Source of the DNA: Candidatus Shapirobacteria bacterium | Lineage (GTDB): Bacteria > Patescibacteriota > Microgenomatia > UBA12405 | Length of the DNA: 64,000 nucleotides | Direction of reading: 5' to 3' | Assembly: GCA_028704635.1 (NCBI GenBank) | Contig: JAQWFB010000001.1 | Location: 5,541 to 69,540, forward strand | The notes under the pieces: model-generated | Seen by the model: only the letters and a program-made list of their open reading frames with translations | What the model was told of the DNA's origin: nothing | Databases searched by the model: none | Program-made: the position numbers and the translations under genes | Part shown: piece after piece, positions 27,210 through 36,929 of the stretch | Layout: each line of letters begins with the position of its first letter | Position numbering within the stretch: the first letter of the stretch is position 1

Positions 27210-28274
27210 ATGAAAAAGAAGGACATAAAAAACGATAATCAAATTAGACTTTTTGAATATAAAAAAAATGAATTTCCTGTTCTCCTTCAAACTGAAACCG
27301 CCTGCGGTCAGTTTGAAGAGATAGATTGTAGCGATAAAAACATTATTCTTCCTTCTGAATATAAGCCTAATACTGTATTATCCTTGACTCTTAATAGATC
27401 ATCTCAACAACCAACTAGAAAATACGATACAACCATGTCTCAACACATTCGTGATGTCAAAGAACAAATGAAAAATCAATTTTTTAGAATGTCTCATTAT
27501 CCTTGTAATTTTAGTAGTGATAAAAAAGCATTACTTTTTATTGGTAACGATGGAAAAGTAGAAAATGTTAGATATAAATTTAAAAGTTGTAATTCATGGA
27601 CTTGTCCTCGTTGTGCTCCTATTAAAGCCAAAGCTATTGGTCACCAAATTTCAGAGATAGCTATTACCAATAATTTAATTTATTACTTAACACTAACTCT
27701 TGATCCAAAAAAAATATCTCCTGAAGATATTTTAGATTCTAGAACTCATAAATTAATCACTGGATTTTTTAATCATTTTATTACAACTATCAAAAGGAAG
27801 AAATTTACTTATTTTCGTGATGGTAAGACTTACAGATTTGATCTTAAAAATAAAGAAGAAAAACTTAAATATATTTGGGTTATTGAATTTCAAAGAAATG
27901 GTTTAGCTCATATGCACATATTACTTAATAAATTTTTACCAGTAGAAATTATTAGAAAGGTTTGGACTCATGTTGGAGGTGGTCATATTATGAAAATTGA
28001 AAAAGCAAAAAATATCCAAGCTGTTGGCAATTATATTACTAAATATATTTTTAAAGAGTTTGAAAATATTGACCAAGTAAGAAATACATTTCACTTTTTT
28101 GAAAAAAGATATTCTATTAGTCAATCATGTCAAAAACCGCCTAAGGTAACAACAAGAATGTTTGAAAAAGATGTTGATAATTTTGATATTAATATCAAAA
28201 TGAAAGAATTAAGATTAGATTGGGTTTATAATACTCTTAACCCTCCCCCTATAAATAATCATTCTGACTTATGA
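27210..28274 (+). CDS. HUH endonuclease of the phiX-gpA / Rep_trans superfamily (rolling-circle initiator or MOB_T-type relaxase)
   Basis: HUH motif LAHMHILLN. Paired-Tyr motif NYITKYIFK (Y-x-x-K-Y-x-x-K as in phiX174 gpA YVAKYVNK). Cys cluster CNSWTCPRC. Confidence 0.6.
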   Translation: MKKKDIKNDNQIRLFEYKKNEFPVLLQTETACGQFEEIDCSDKNIILPSEYKPNTVLSLTLNRSSQQPTRKYDTTMSQHIRDVKEQMKNQFFRMSHYPCNFSSDKKALLFIGNDGKVENVRYKFKSCNSWTCPRCAPIKAKAIGHQISEIAITNNLIYYLTLTLDPKKISPEDILDSRTHKLITGFFNHFITTIKRKKFTYFRDGKTYRFDLKNKEEKLKYIWVIEFQRNGLAHMHILLNKFLPVEIIRKVWTHVGGGHIMKIEKAKNIQAVGNYITKYIFKEFENIDQVRNTFHFFEKRYSISQSCQKPPKVTTRMFEKDVDNFDINIKMKELRLDWVYNTLNPPPINNHSDL

Positions 28275-29761
28275 AATATTTTGCTTATTGTCGAAAATCA
28301 ACCGAGGATAATTCTCATCAAGCTCAATCTATTGAAACACAAAAAAGAATTCTTTCGGATTTTGCCAAAAATAATGATATTGAAGTAGTTGATTTTATTA
28401 TTGAAACAAGAAGTGCAAAAAATGACGGAAACAGGCCAGAGTTTGAAAACATGTTAAAAAGATTCGAAAAAAAAGAAGCTGAAGGACTCTTAGTTTGCCA
28501 CATTGATCGTATTAGTAGAAATTGGATAGAAGCCGGACAAATTAGCAAACTTCACGATTTAGGATTAATCAAAGAAATTCGTACTTCTCAAAAAACATAC
28601 AGTACTTCCGCAGATATGTTTATGATGGGAGTTGAAATGGCTTCATCTTCTTATTATTCAAGAAATCTTTCTGAAAGAGTTAAGGAGGGGATTGCTACTA
28701 AATTATCAAAAGGTGAATATTCCGCACCGGCACCATTGGGCTATAAAAATAATCATGGAAATATTATTCCAGATTCTAAAACCCAACATTTTATCAAAGA
28801 AGCATTTGAGCTTTACGCAACAGGAACTTATTCTATTAATCAAATAGCTGAAAAACTTTATTCTGAGGGCTTTAGAACGCGTAGAGGTGGCAATAAAGTT
28901 TACAAGTCAGTAATTCATCGGATTCTTAATAATCCAGTTTATTATGGCGTGATGATTAATAAAGGCAAAAGATATCAAGGCAATTTTAAACCATTAATCT
29001 CAATGGCTTTATTCAACAAGGTTCAATTTCTTTTAAATGGAACTCATCACACTAAAAAACAAAAACATAATTTCTTATTCAATAAATATCTAACCTGTGA
29101 AAAATGCGGTTGTAGAATTACTGCCACGCTTAAAAAAGAAAAACATACTTATTATTACTGCACCAACGGTAAACATAATTGCGATCAACATTCTAAATAT
29201 TTAACAGAAAGTCTTATCGATAAATTAATTGGTGATGTTATTTCTAACATAACTTTAGACAAAGAATTGGCTAACTTATCATTAAATATGTATGCTGATG
29301 AATTAAGAAAGAAAAGTTTAAATAAAATTGGCGAAAGCCAAATTATCCAAGAACAAATAGATAATTTGAAGAAAAAAGAAAATAGGCTTTTAGATATGTA
29401 TTTAAATCAAGATATCGCCAAACAAATTTACGAAACTAAAAAAGCAGAAATTGAAGAAAATTTAGAAGATTTAAATACCGCATTAAAAAACTCGAAAAAC
29501 AGTAACCCTGAAATCACTTTGGAACTTTTAGAAAAATTTAAAAACACCGCTGTTTCCCTTAAAAAAATGTATGACACTGGCGATAGAGAGATAAAAGAGA
29601 ATTTATTAAAATCAGTACTTTGGAACGCTTCTATTGAAAATGAAAAAATAGGGAAAGTTACATATAAAAAACCGTTCGCTTACCTTGAAAAAATGGTAAA
29701 AACGAACGATTTTTCGCTAATGCGGGCCCGATGGGATTCGAACCCACGATCTTCCGCGTGA
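28271..29761 (+). CDS. large serine recombinase (integrase), element 2
   Basis: YCRKSTEDNSHQ, HIDRISRN, zinc ribbon CEKCGC, coiled-coil. The last 13 codons (MRARWDSNPRSSA) are encoded by the antisense of the tRNA-Asp 3' half. Confidence 0.85.
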   Translation: MKYFAYCRKSTEDNSHQAQSIETQKRILSDFAKNNDIEVVDFIIETRSAKNDGNRPEFENMLKRFEKKEAEGLLVCHIDRISRNWIEAGQISKLHDLGLIKEIRTSQKTYSTSADMFMMGVEMASSSYYSRNLSERVKEGIATKLSKGEYSAPAPLGYKNNHGNIIPDSKTQHFIKEAFELYATGTYSINQIAEKLYSEGFRTRRGGNKVYKSVIHRILNNPVYYGVMINKGKRYQGNFKPLISMALFNKVQFLLNGTHHTKKQKHNFLFNKYLTCEKCGCRITATLKKEKHTYYYCTNGKHNCDQHSKYLTESLIDKLIGDVISNITLDKELANLSLNMYADELRKKSLNKIGESQIIQEQIDNLKKKENRLLDMYLNQDIAKQIYETKKAEIEENLEDLNTALKNSKNSNPEITLELLEKFKNTAVSLKKMYDTGDREIKENLLKSVLWNASIENEKIGKVTYKKPFAYLEKMVKTNDFSLMRARWDSNPRSSA

Positions 29762-29796
29762 CAGGCGGATGTGCTAGACCGCTGCACCACGAGCCC
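29723..29796 (-). tRNA. tRNA-Asp (anticodon GUC)
   Basis: Reverse complement gives GGGCTCG acceptor, anticodon loop CTGTCAC and T-loop TTCGAAT. It is overlapped by the recombinase 3' end. Confidence 0.8.
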
Positions 29797-29876
29797 ATTG
29801 GTCTAAGTATCCTGATAATATACCAAAACTTCCTCAAACAAACAACAAATTGATTAATTTGTTCTATAATTAACAT

Positions 29877-30914
29877 ATGAACAAAATTTACAGTAATACT
29901 GAGGTTGCTGAATACTTACAAAATATTTCTACTGCTTATGAAATTAAACGAAAAAATATTTTCAAAACCGTTTCTTATCAAAACGCCGCTGACACTGTTG
30001 CTACCTATCCAAAATCTATTCAAGAAATTTGGCAAAAAAATCCAAAAGACTTAGATAATATTCCTAATATTGGACCAAATATTCTCGCCAAAATCGACTA
30101 TTTATTTAAACACAACCAACCTCATCCAGCCGTTATTAAAGCTTTTAAAAATATTCACCCTAGTGTTTTTACTTTTACCAAAATTGAAGGCATTGGTCCC
30201 AAAATTGCCTATAAGCTTAGCAAAAATTTAAAATTTTCAAGTGATCCGGAAAAATCTTTAACTGAATTAATTGAATACGCTCAAAACGGCAAAATTAGAA
30301 ATATCCCTAAATTAGGCCAAAAATCAGAACAATTAATTTTAACCCAAACTCTAAATTTTTTAGGTCTTGGAAAACGAATGACCTTAAAACAAGCCAAAAA
30401 AACCGCCCAAAAAATTATTGATTATCTTCATCAACAATTCCCCGAAATCGAAATTATTCCTCTCGGCAGCCTTCGCCGCCAAGTTAAAACAATAGGGGAC
30501 ATTGACCTTGCTGCTAAAAGTAGTGATACCGAAAAAATATTAAACAATTTTGTTGAATACCCAGAAAAAATTCAAATCATTAATAGAGGTGATAAAAAAG
30601 CCTCAATTTTAATTGAAAATTATGTTCGAGTCGATTTAATGGTTCAGCCATCAGAGAATTTCGCTTCTCTAATTCAACATTTTACCGGCTCTCGTCAACA
30701 CAATATTAATTTAAGAAAATACGCTTTAAACTTAGGCCTTTCAATTTCTGAATATGGTATAAAAGATCTAAAAACAGGTAAAATTAATACATTTGATAAT
30801 GAAGAAAAACTTTATAACTTCTTAAGGCTTTGCTATATTGAACCTCAAAAAAGAACTGGCGATAAAGAGATTGAAATCGCTCAAGAATGTTATAATGAAT
30901 CAATTAAAAATTAA
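29877..30914 (+). CDS. family X (Pol beta-like) nucleotidyltransferase / PolX polymerase domain, no PHP domain
   Basis: HhH segments (GIGPKIAYKL) and GSLRRQVKTIGDIDLA nucleotidyltransferase motif. Confidence 0.6.
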   Translation: MNKIYSNTEVAEYLQNISTAYEIKRKNIFKTVSYQNAADTVATYPKSIQEIWQKNPKDLDNIPNIGPNILAKIDYLFKHNQPHPAVIKAFKNIHPSVFTFTKIEGIGPKIAYKLSKNLKFSSDPEKSLTELIEYAQNGKIRNIPKLGQKSEQLILTQTLNFLGLGKRMTLKQAKKTAQKIIDYLHQQFPEIEIIPLGSLRRQVKTIGDIDLAAKSSDTEKILNNFVEYPEKIQIINRGDKKASILIENYVRVDLMVQPSENFASLIQHFTGSRQHNINLRKYALNLGLSISEYGIKDLKTGKINTFDNEEKLYNFLRLCYIEPQKRTGDKEIEIAQECYNESIKN

Positions 30915-30921
30915 TAAATAA

Positions 30922-31500
30922 ATGATTTACGTAATTATTCTCGTCCTAGCTATTGTTTTTTTACTTTTCAGTTTCTACAACAAATTAAAAACCACTCAAG
31001 TCAGAATTAAAGCTTCCATTCAAGAAATCGGCAATCAATTAAAGCGCCAAGCCAATTTAATTCCCAATCTTGTCGATTCTGTAAAAGGTTATATGACCCA
31101 CGAAAAGGGGATTTTTGATCAATTAACCGAAGCTCGAAAATCAATTGATCAAGCAGTTCAAACTAACGATCCAAAAGCTATGGATAAATCTCAAGAATTG
31201 ATCAATAAAGCTCTTGGCTCCATTAAAGTTGTTATGGAAAGTAATCCAGAAATTAAGGCTTCAGATCTAGTTTCCAATTTAATGAACGAACTCCGCGACA
31301 CCGCCGATAAATTAATGTATGCCAGACGAACTTTAATTGATCTTACTGCCGATTTCAACACTACTATTTCCACTATTCCAGGAATGTGGATCGCCCCACT
31401 TTTTGGTTTTAAAGAAGAAAAAGGACTAAGTACTCCAACTGATATGAATCAACTTGAAGTTTCTAAAGAAGAAACCAAAAATCCAGAAGTAAAATTATAA
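30922..31500 (+). CDS. lemA: LemA-family membrane protein
   Basis: N-terminal TM, then YNKLKTTQVRIKASIQEIGNQLKRQANLIPNLVDSVKGYMTHEKGIFDQLTEAR. Confidence 0.75.
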   Translation: MIYVIILVLAIVFLLFSFYNKLKTTQVRIKASIQEIGNQLKRQANLIPNLVDSVKGYMTHEKGIFDQLTEARKSIDQAVQTNDPKAMDKSQELINKALGSIKVVMESNPEIKASDLVSNLMNELRDTADKLMYARRTLIDLTADFNTTISTIPGMWIAPLFGFKEEKGLSTPTDMNQLEVSKEETKNPEVKL

Positions 31501-31510
31501 AAAGATTTTT

Positions 31511-32395
31511 ATGATCAACGTTTACGAACAAGTCTCTATAAACAAATTTAAGTCGGGTTTAATTATTAGCCTATTTATAGGTTTTATTTTAGGCGCCACT
31601 TATTTAATTTCCCAAGCTTTCGGCTTTGGTAATGAATTTATGATTTTTGCTTTAGTTATTTCTTTTGGCATGTCTGGTGTTAGTTATTTTTGGGGCGACC
31701 AAATTGTCGTTTCTCTAAACGGTGCCAAACCAGCCAACCGTAAAGAATTTTTTGATTTTTACACTGTCACTGAAAATTTAAGCATGGCCAATAGAACTCC
31801 TATGCCAAAAGTTTATGTCATTGATAGTCCAGCCATGAATGCTTTTGCTACTGGTCGCGACCCTGAACATTCGCTAGTTTGTGCTACAACAGGTCTTTTA
31901 CAAAAATTAAATCGCACCGAACTCGAAGCTGTCATCGGCCATGAACTTTCTCATATTAAAAATTACGACATTCGGTTAATGATGATCGTCAGTATTTTAA
32001 TTGGCACACTTTCGATTGTCGTTAATTTTGCCACTAATTCCATGTTTTTTGGCGGTCGCGACAATGATAGCGACAACAACAATCCTTTTATCGCCATTAT
32101 CGGTTTAGTTTTAATCATTTTTGCCCCAATAATCGCCCAATTAATTCAATTAGCAATTTCTCGTCGTCGCGAATTTTTAGCCGATGCTTCAGCAGTAAAA
32201 TTAACTCGTCAACCTCAAGGACTTATTGATGCTCTTAAAAAAATATCCACAGATTCCAGTAAATTAGAAACAGCCTCCACGGCTACAGCCTCCCTTTATA
32301 TCAGTAATCCATTTAAAGGTAATAAAGTTGCCAGTCTTTTTTCTACCCACCCCCCAATAGAAGATAGAATCGCCACTTTAACTAAAATGCTTTAA
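31511..32395 (+). CDS. htpX: M48-family zinc metalloprotease HtpX-like
   Basis: HELSHIKNYD (HExxH), multi-TM, canonical LemA partner. Confidence 0.75.
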   Translation: MINVYEQVSINKFKSGLIISLFIGFILGATYLISQAFGFGNEFMIFALVISFGMSGVSYFWGDQIVVSLNGAKPANRKEFFDFYTVTENLSMANRTPMPKVYVIDSPAMNAFATGRDPEHSLVCATTGLLQKLNRTELEAVIGHELSHIKNYDIRLMMIVSILIGTLSIVVNFATNSMFFGGRDNDSDNNNPFIAIIGLVLIIFAPIIAQLIQLAISRRREFLADASAVKLTRQPQGLIDALKKISTDSSKLETASTATASLYISNPFKGNKVASLFSTHPPIEDRIATLTKML

Positions 32396-32403
32396 AATAA
32401 CCC

Positions 32404-35400
32404 ATGGGTAATTTTGTTCATCTTCATGTCCACACTGAATATTCTCTTCTTGACGGCCTCACTAAAATAAAAAAACTAATCCCTTTTATTAAAGAAATGG
32501 GAATGGATTCTATCGCCATCACTGATCACGGTAACATGTATGGTGCCATTGAATTTTATAAAGCTTGCAAAAAAAACGATATCAAGCCTATTATTGGCTG
32601 TGAAGTTTATTTAGCACCCAACGGCCGACTCGATAAATCAGCCGCTAATCGCCGTAATCATCATTTAATTTTATTAGCCAAAAACGATCAAGGTTATCGA
32701 AATTTAATGAAATTGGTCAGTATTGGGAATCTTGAAGGCTATTACTATAAACCTCGAATTGATTGGGAAATTTTACAACAATACAAAGATGGTTTAATTT
32801 GCAATAGTGCTTGTGTTGAAGGGGAAATTGCTCAATTAATTTTAGATGATAATTACGAGAAAGCCAAAAAAAGAGCCAAAGAATTTCAAGATCTTTTTGG
32901 AGAAGATTATTATTTAGAAATTCAACGACATCCAGGACTAAAAGATCAAGACCGAGCCAATGAAGGCATTATTAAAATTAGCCGAGAGTTAGGCATTCCT
33001 TTAATTGCCGCTAACGATGCCCATTACCTCAAAAAAAGTGATGCTTTTGCCCAAGACGTTTTGATGATGATCAACACTCAAACCACTCTTAATGATTCCA
33101 AAAGATTAAGTATGTTTGATGTCCCTGATTTTTATATCAAGTCACCAGAAGAAATGCAACAACAGTTTTCCGACATTCCAGATGCTTTGGAAAATACTGT
33201 AAAAATCGCCGAAAAATGTAATTTAGAAATTGAATTAGGCAATTGGTATTTCCCTAAATTTAAATTACCAAAAGGTAAAAATGCCGAAGAAACTTTAAAA
33301 GAATTAGTTTATAAATGCGCCGAAGAACATTATGGCAAATTAACTCAAGAAATAATCGATCGTCTCGAATATGAATTAGGAGTTATTAATCCCAAAGGTT
33401 ATGCTGCCTACTTTTTAATCATGTATGATTTTATCCGTTGGACTGAGGAAAATGACACTCCAACTAATACTAGAGGTTCTGCTGGTGGTTGTTTAGTCGC
33501 CTTTACCTTAGGTATTACTTCTGTCGATCCTTTAATCTACCAACTACCTTTTGAAAGATTTTTAAATAAAGATCGTCCTTCACCACCAGATATCGATCTA
33601 GACATCGCCGACGACAAACGACAAGGAATGCTTTATCACATTGTTGAACAATACGGTAAAGACGCTGTTGCTCAAATCTGTACTTTTGGTCGAATGATGG
33701 CCAAAGGTGCCGTTCGTGACACTGCCCGTGTCCTTGGTTATGAATACACCATTGGCGACAAAATTAGTAAATTAATTCCCATGGGTTCTCAAGGTTTTCC
33801 CATGTCTATCGACAAAGCTATCGATACCACCCCAGAATTAAAAAACCTTTACGAAACCGATCCCGATTCCAAAAAAATTATCGAAGCCGCCAAACAAATT
33901 GAAGGTATTGCTCGTCACATCAGTGTTCATGCCTGTGCTATCGTTATTTCTCCATCTGCCATCACCGACTTTTCTCCAGTCCAAACAGAAACCGGTGGCG
34001 ATAAAACCATTACTCAATATGAAATGCATGCCTGCGAGGAAGTCGGCTTAATTAAATACGATATTTTAGGAATTCGAAATTTATCCTTCTTAGGACAATC
34101 AGTTTTAAATGTTCGCAAATATCAAAATATCGACATTAATTTAAGAAAAATTCCTCTCGATGATAAAAAAACTTTTGAGATGCTTTCTCGTGGCGACACT
34201 ATGGGGGTTTTTCAATTAGCAGGCGAGGGGATGACAAAATGGATTAAAGAGTTAAAACCAAATCGAGTCGAAGATTTAATGGCCATGGTAGCTCTCTATC
34301 GTCCTGGACCAATGGCTATTATCCCCGAATATATTGCCCGTAAAAACGGCACTTCTAAAATAACCTACATCGATCCAAAAATGGAAAAATTTTTGGATAA
34401 ATCTTATGGTCTTTTGGTTTATCAAGACGACTGTTTGTACACTGCCATCGAACTAGCTGGTTACAATTGGACCGAGGTAGATAAATTTAGAAAAGCCATT
34501 GGTAAAAAAATCCCTGAAGAAATGGCCGCTCAAAAAGAAAAATTTCTTCAAGGTTGTATTAACAACGACTACACCGAAGAAAAAGCTAAAGAAATTTTTA
34601 GTTACATCGAACCATTCACTTCATATGGTTTCAATAAGGCCCACGCTGCCTCCTACGGCATGCTTGCCTATCGCACCGCCTACATGAAAGCTAATTACCC
34701 AGTTGAATACATGTGTGCCCTTTTAACTGCCGAATCTGGTGACGCTGAAAAAATCACTGATGGTGTCAGTGAGTGTCGCCATCTTGGCATAATTGTCGGA
34801 CCTCCCGATATTAATAAATCATTAAGTGGTTTTGAAATGGAAGAAAATTCCGAATCACTCGAAAAATTTGCAATTCGTTTTGGTTTAAGTGCTATTAAAA
34901 ATGTCGGTGAAGCCGCCATTGAAAACATTATCAACGAAAGAAATACTAACGGTCCATTTATTAGTTTTAGTGATTTTTGCCTCCGTGTTGATTCTCAAAA
35001 AATCAACAAAAGAGTTTTAGAAAGTTTAATCAAGGTTGGAGCCATGGATCAATTCGGCGAAAGAAACGCTATTTTAGCATCGCTTGAAAAAATTAGAATT
35101 GACTGCGAAAAATTAAATTCTAAAAAAAGTAACGGACAATTTAGTCTTTTTGATGCTCCTACTGATGACAACACTAAAATAATTGCTCCGCCAGATGTTT
35201 TTATTCAGACCACTCCTATGACTGAACATGAAAGATTGGCTCTAGAAAAAGAACTTCTTGGAATTTTTGTCACTGAAAACCCCATCAGCAAAATTCTGCT
35301 CCCTTTTCAAACACTCGGCCTTCCTAAAATATCAGAAATTCTCGAAAAAGATACCGATATTTCTGTTAAAATGGCCGCTTCTCTAACTAAAATCAAAATG

Positions 35401-35826
35401 ATACGTACCAAAAAGAACAATGCCAAAATGGCTTTCCTTTCTCTCGAAGACGAAACTGGAAAAATCGAAGCCGTTGTTTTTCCTAAAACTTTTGACGAAA
35501 TTGAAAATATTTTAGCCGAAAATAAGGCATTTTATATTGAAGGTAAAACCAATCTAAGAGAAGGAAATTTATCAATTTTAATCGATAATATTAGTTTAAA
35601 TCCTCCTAAAAATTCCTCAAAATATGATTTTGTTATTACCGTTCATAAAAATGCCAGTCAAAATCAATTAATGGAATTAAATACTCTACTTAAACAAAAT
35701 CCCAACGGACATCGCGGTTTAATAATTCTTCCAAACGGAAAAAATATTCCGCTTAATTATGGAGTAAACTATAATGAAAATCTTCAGCAACAAATTGACA
35801 ATATCTTCTTGTCAAATAAAAATTAG
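32404..35826 (+). CDS. dnaE: DNA polymerase III alpha subunit
   Basis: PHP domain FVHLHVHTEYSLLDG. Length 1140 aa, with finger/palm motifs and an OB-fold near the C-terminus. Confidence 0.9.
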   Translation: MGNFVHLHVHTEYSLLDGLTKIKKLIPFIKEMGMDSIAITDHGNMYGAIEFYKACKKNDIKPIIGCEVYLAPNGRLDKSAANRRNHHLILLAKNDQGYRNLMKLVSIGNLEGYYYKPRIDWEILQQYKDGLICNSACVEGEIAQLILDDNYEKAKKRAKEFQDLFGEDYYLEIQRHPGLKDQDRANEGIIKISRELGIPLIAANDAHYLKKSDAFAQDVLMMINTQTTLNDSKRLSMFDVPDFYIKSPEEMQQQFSDIPDALENTVKIAEKCNLEIELGNWYFPKFKLPKGKNAEETLKELVYKCAEEHYGKLTQEIIDRLEYELGVINPKGYAAYFLIMYDFIRWTEENDTPTNTRGSAGGCLVAFTLGITSVDPLIYQLPFERFLNKDRPSPPDIDLDIADDKRQGMLYHIVEQYGKDAVAQICTFGRMMAKGAVRDTARVLGYEYTIGDKISKLIPMGSQGFPMSIDKAIDTTPELKNLYETDPDSKKIIEAAKQIEGIARHISVHACAIVISPSAITDFSPVQTETGGDKTITQYEMHACEEVGLIKYDILGIRNLSFLGQSVLNVRKYQNIDINLRKIPLDDKKTFEMLSRGDTMGVFQLAGEGMTKWIKELKPNRVEDLMAMVALYRPGPMAIIPEYIARKNGTSKITYIDPKMEKFLDKSYGLLVYQDDCLYTAIELAGYNWTEVDKFRKAIGKKIPEEMAAQKEKFLQGCINNDYTEEKAKEIFSYIEPFTSYGFNKAHAASYGMLAYRTAYMKANYPVEYMCALLTAESGDAEKITDGVSECRHLGIIVGPPDINKSLSGFEMEENSESLEKFAIRFGLSAIKNVGEAAIENIINERNTNGPFISFSDFCLRVDSQKINKRVLESLIKVGAMDQFGERNAILASLEKIRIDCEKLNSKKSNGQFSLFDAPTDDNTKIIAPPDVFIQTTPMTEHERLALEKELLGIFVTENPISKILLPFQTLGLPKISEILEKDTDISVKMAASLTKIKMIRTKKNNAKMAFLSLEDETGKIEAVVFPKTFDEIENILAENKAFYIEGKTNLREGNLSILIDNISLNPPKNSSKYDFVITVHKNASQNQLMELNTLLKQNPNGHRGLIILPNGKNIPLNYGVNYNENLQQQIDNIFLSNKN

Positions 35827-35884
35827 ATTGCTAGACTACCAAGGTTTACTTTGATATAATTCAAAGCACTAATTTAATAAAAAT

Positions 35885-36199
35885 ATGGCTCTAAAAATTA
35901 CTTACAAAGAACAAAACTTTTTCGTTGGCGACTCCGTTAAAGTCAACTATAAAATCAAAGAAAAAGATAAAGAAAGAGTACAAGCTTTCGATGGCGTTAT
36001 TTTAGCTGTCAAAGGAATCGGCGAAAATAAAAATTTCATCGTTCAAAAAGTTGCTTCAAATGCAGTTAAAGTTGAAAGAACTTTTCCTGTCAATTCACCT
36101 TGGATCGATAGTATCGTTAAATTAAGAGCCCCAAAAAGCAAAATTCGACGAGCTAAACTATACTATTTGCGCGCTGATAAAGTTCGTAAAACCGCTTAA
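35885..36199 (+). CDS. rplS: 50S ribosomal protein L19
   Basis: KERVQAFDGVILAVKG...VERTFPVNSP...RRAKLYYLR. Confidence 0.85.
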   Translation: MALKITYKEQNFFVGDSVKVNYKIKEKDKERVQAFDGVILAVKGIGENKNFIVQKVASNAVKVERTFPVNSPWIDSIVKLRAPKSKIRRAKLYYLRADKVRKTA

Positions 36200-36205
36200 C
36201 AATCT

Positions 36206-36281
36206 GGGTCTTTAGCTCAGTCGGTAGAGCAGTTGCCTTTTAAGCAATTGGTCGCGGGTTCGAATCCCGCAGGACCCACCA
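36206..36281 (+). tRNA. tRNA-Lys (anticodon UUU), CCA encoded
   Basis: GGGTCTT acceptor, anticodon loop CTTTTAA, T-loop TTCGAAT, 3' ACCA. Confidence 0.85.
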
Positions 36282-36929
36282 ATGCACCTCTATGGCCTAA
36301 TCCTAGGAATCTGTTTTGTCATCGGTATCACTTATTTCCAAAAAAATAATAAAATTATTCCCAAAAATAAAGAAAATATTTTCCTTATTTTTCTTCTAAT
36401 ATTCGGAATTATTGGCGCTCGAACTTATTCTATTATTCAAAATTGGCATTATTTTTCTCAAAACCCAATTCAAATCCTAAATCTCCCCGGTGGTGGACTT
36501 GGAATTTATGGCAGCCTAATTTTCGGAATTTTATTTATTTTTCTTTTTTCTCAGAAAAATAAAATTGGTTTTTTAAAAATAACCAATACTCTTGTCCCCA
36601 TCATTCCTCTTTGTCAAAGTTTCGGTCGCTTCGGTAATTTTTTTAATCATGAAATTTACGGCATTAATAACCAACCAGTTTGGTTTTATGAATCAGTTTT
36701 ATTATTTATTTTATTTTTAATTTTTCAAAAAATAAAAACTCACCAAACCGCCATTTATTTGATTTATTATGGAATCATTAGATTTTTCCTCGAATTTATT
36801 CGCCTCGACACCATTCCTATTTATTTTTTAACATTTGCCCAAATTTTAAGCCTTTCTTTTATTTTAATTGGCTTTATAATAATCATGTATGAAAATTCTA
36901 GTAATAAACCCAGGCTCCACCAGCACTAA
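36282..36929 (+). CDS. lgt: prolipoprotein diacylglyceryl transferase
   Basis: GRFGNFFNHEIYG signature, multi-TM. Confidence 0.7.
   Translation: MHLYGLILGICFVIGITYFQKNNKIIPKNKENIFLIFLLIFGIIGARTYSIIQNWHYFSQNPIQILNLPGGGLGIYGSLIFGILFIFLFSQKNKIGFLKITNTLVPIIPLCQSFGRFGNFFNHEIYGINNQPVWFYESVLLFILFLIFQKIKTHQTAIYLIYYGIIRFFLEFIRLDTIPIYFLTFAQILSLSFILIGFIIIMYENSSNKPRLHQH

Larger units (their letters stand above)
23656..29796. mobile_element. integrative (mobilizable) element 2 (~6 kb) inserted at tRNA-Asp
   Basis: Serine recombinase reading into the tRNA, HUH Rep/relaxase, XRE, PIN, DUF4145. The left boundary is inferred from the element 1 right repeat. Confidence 0.45.
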
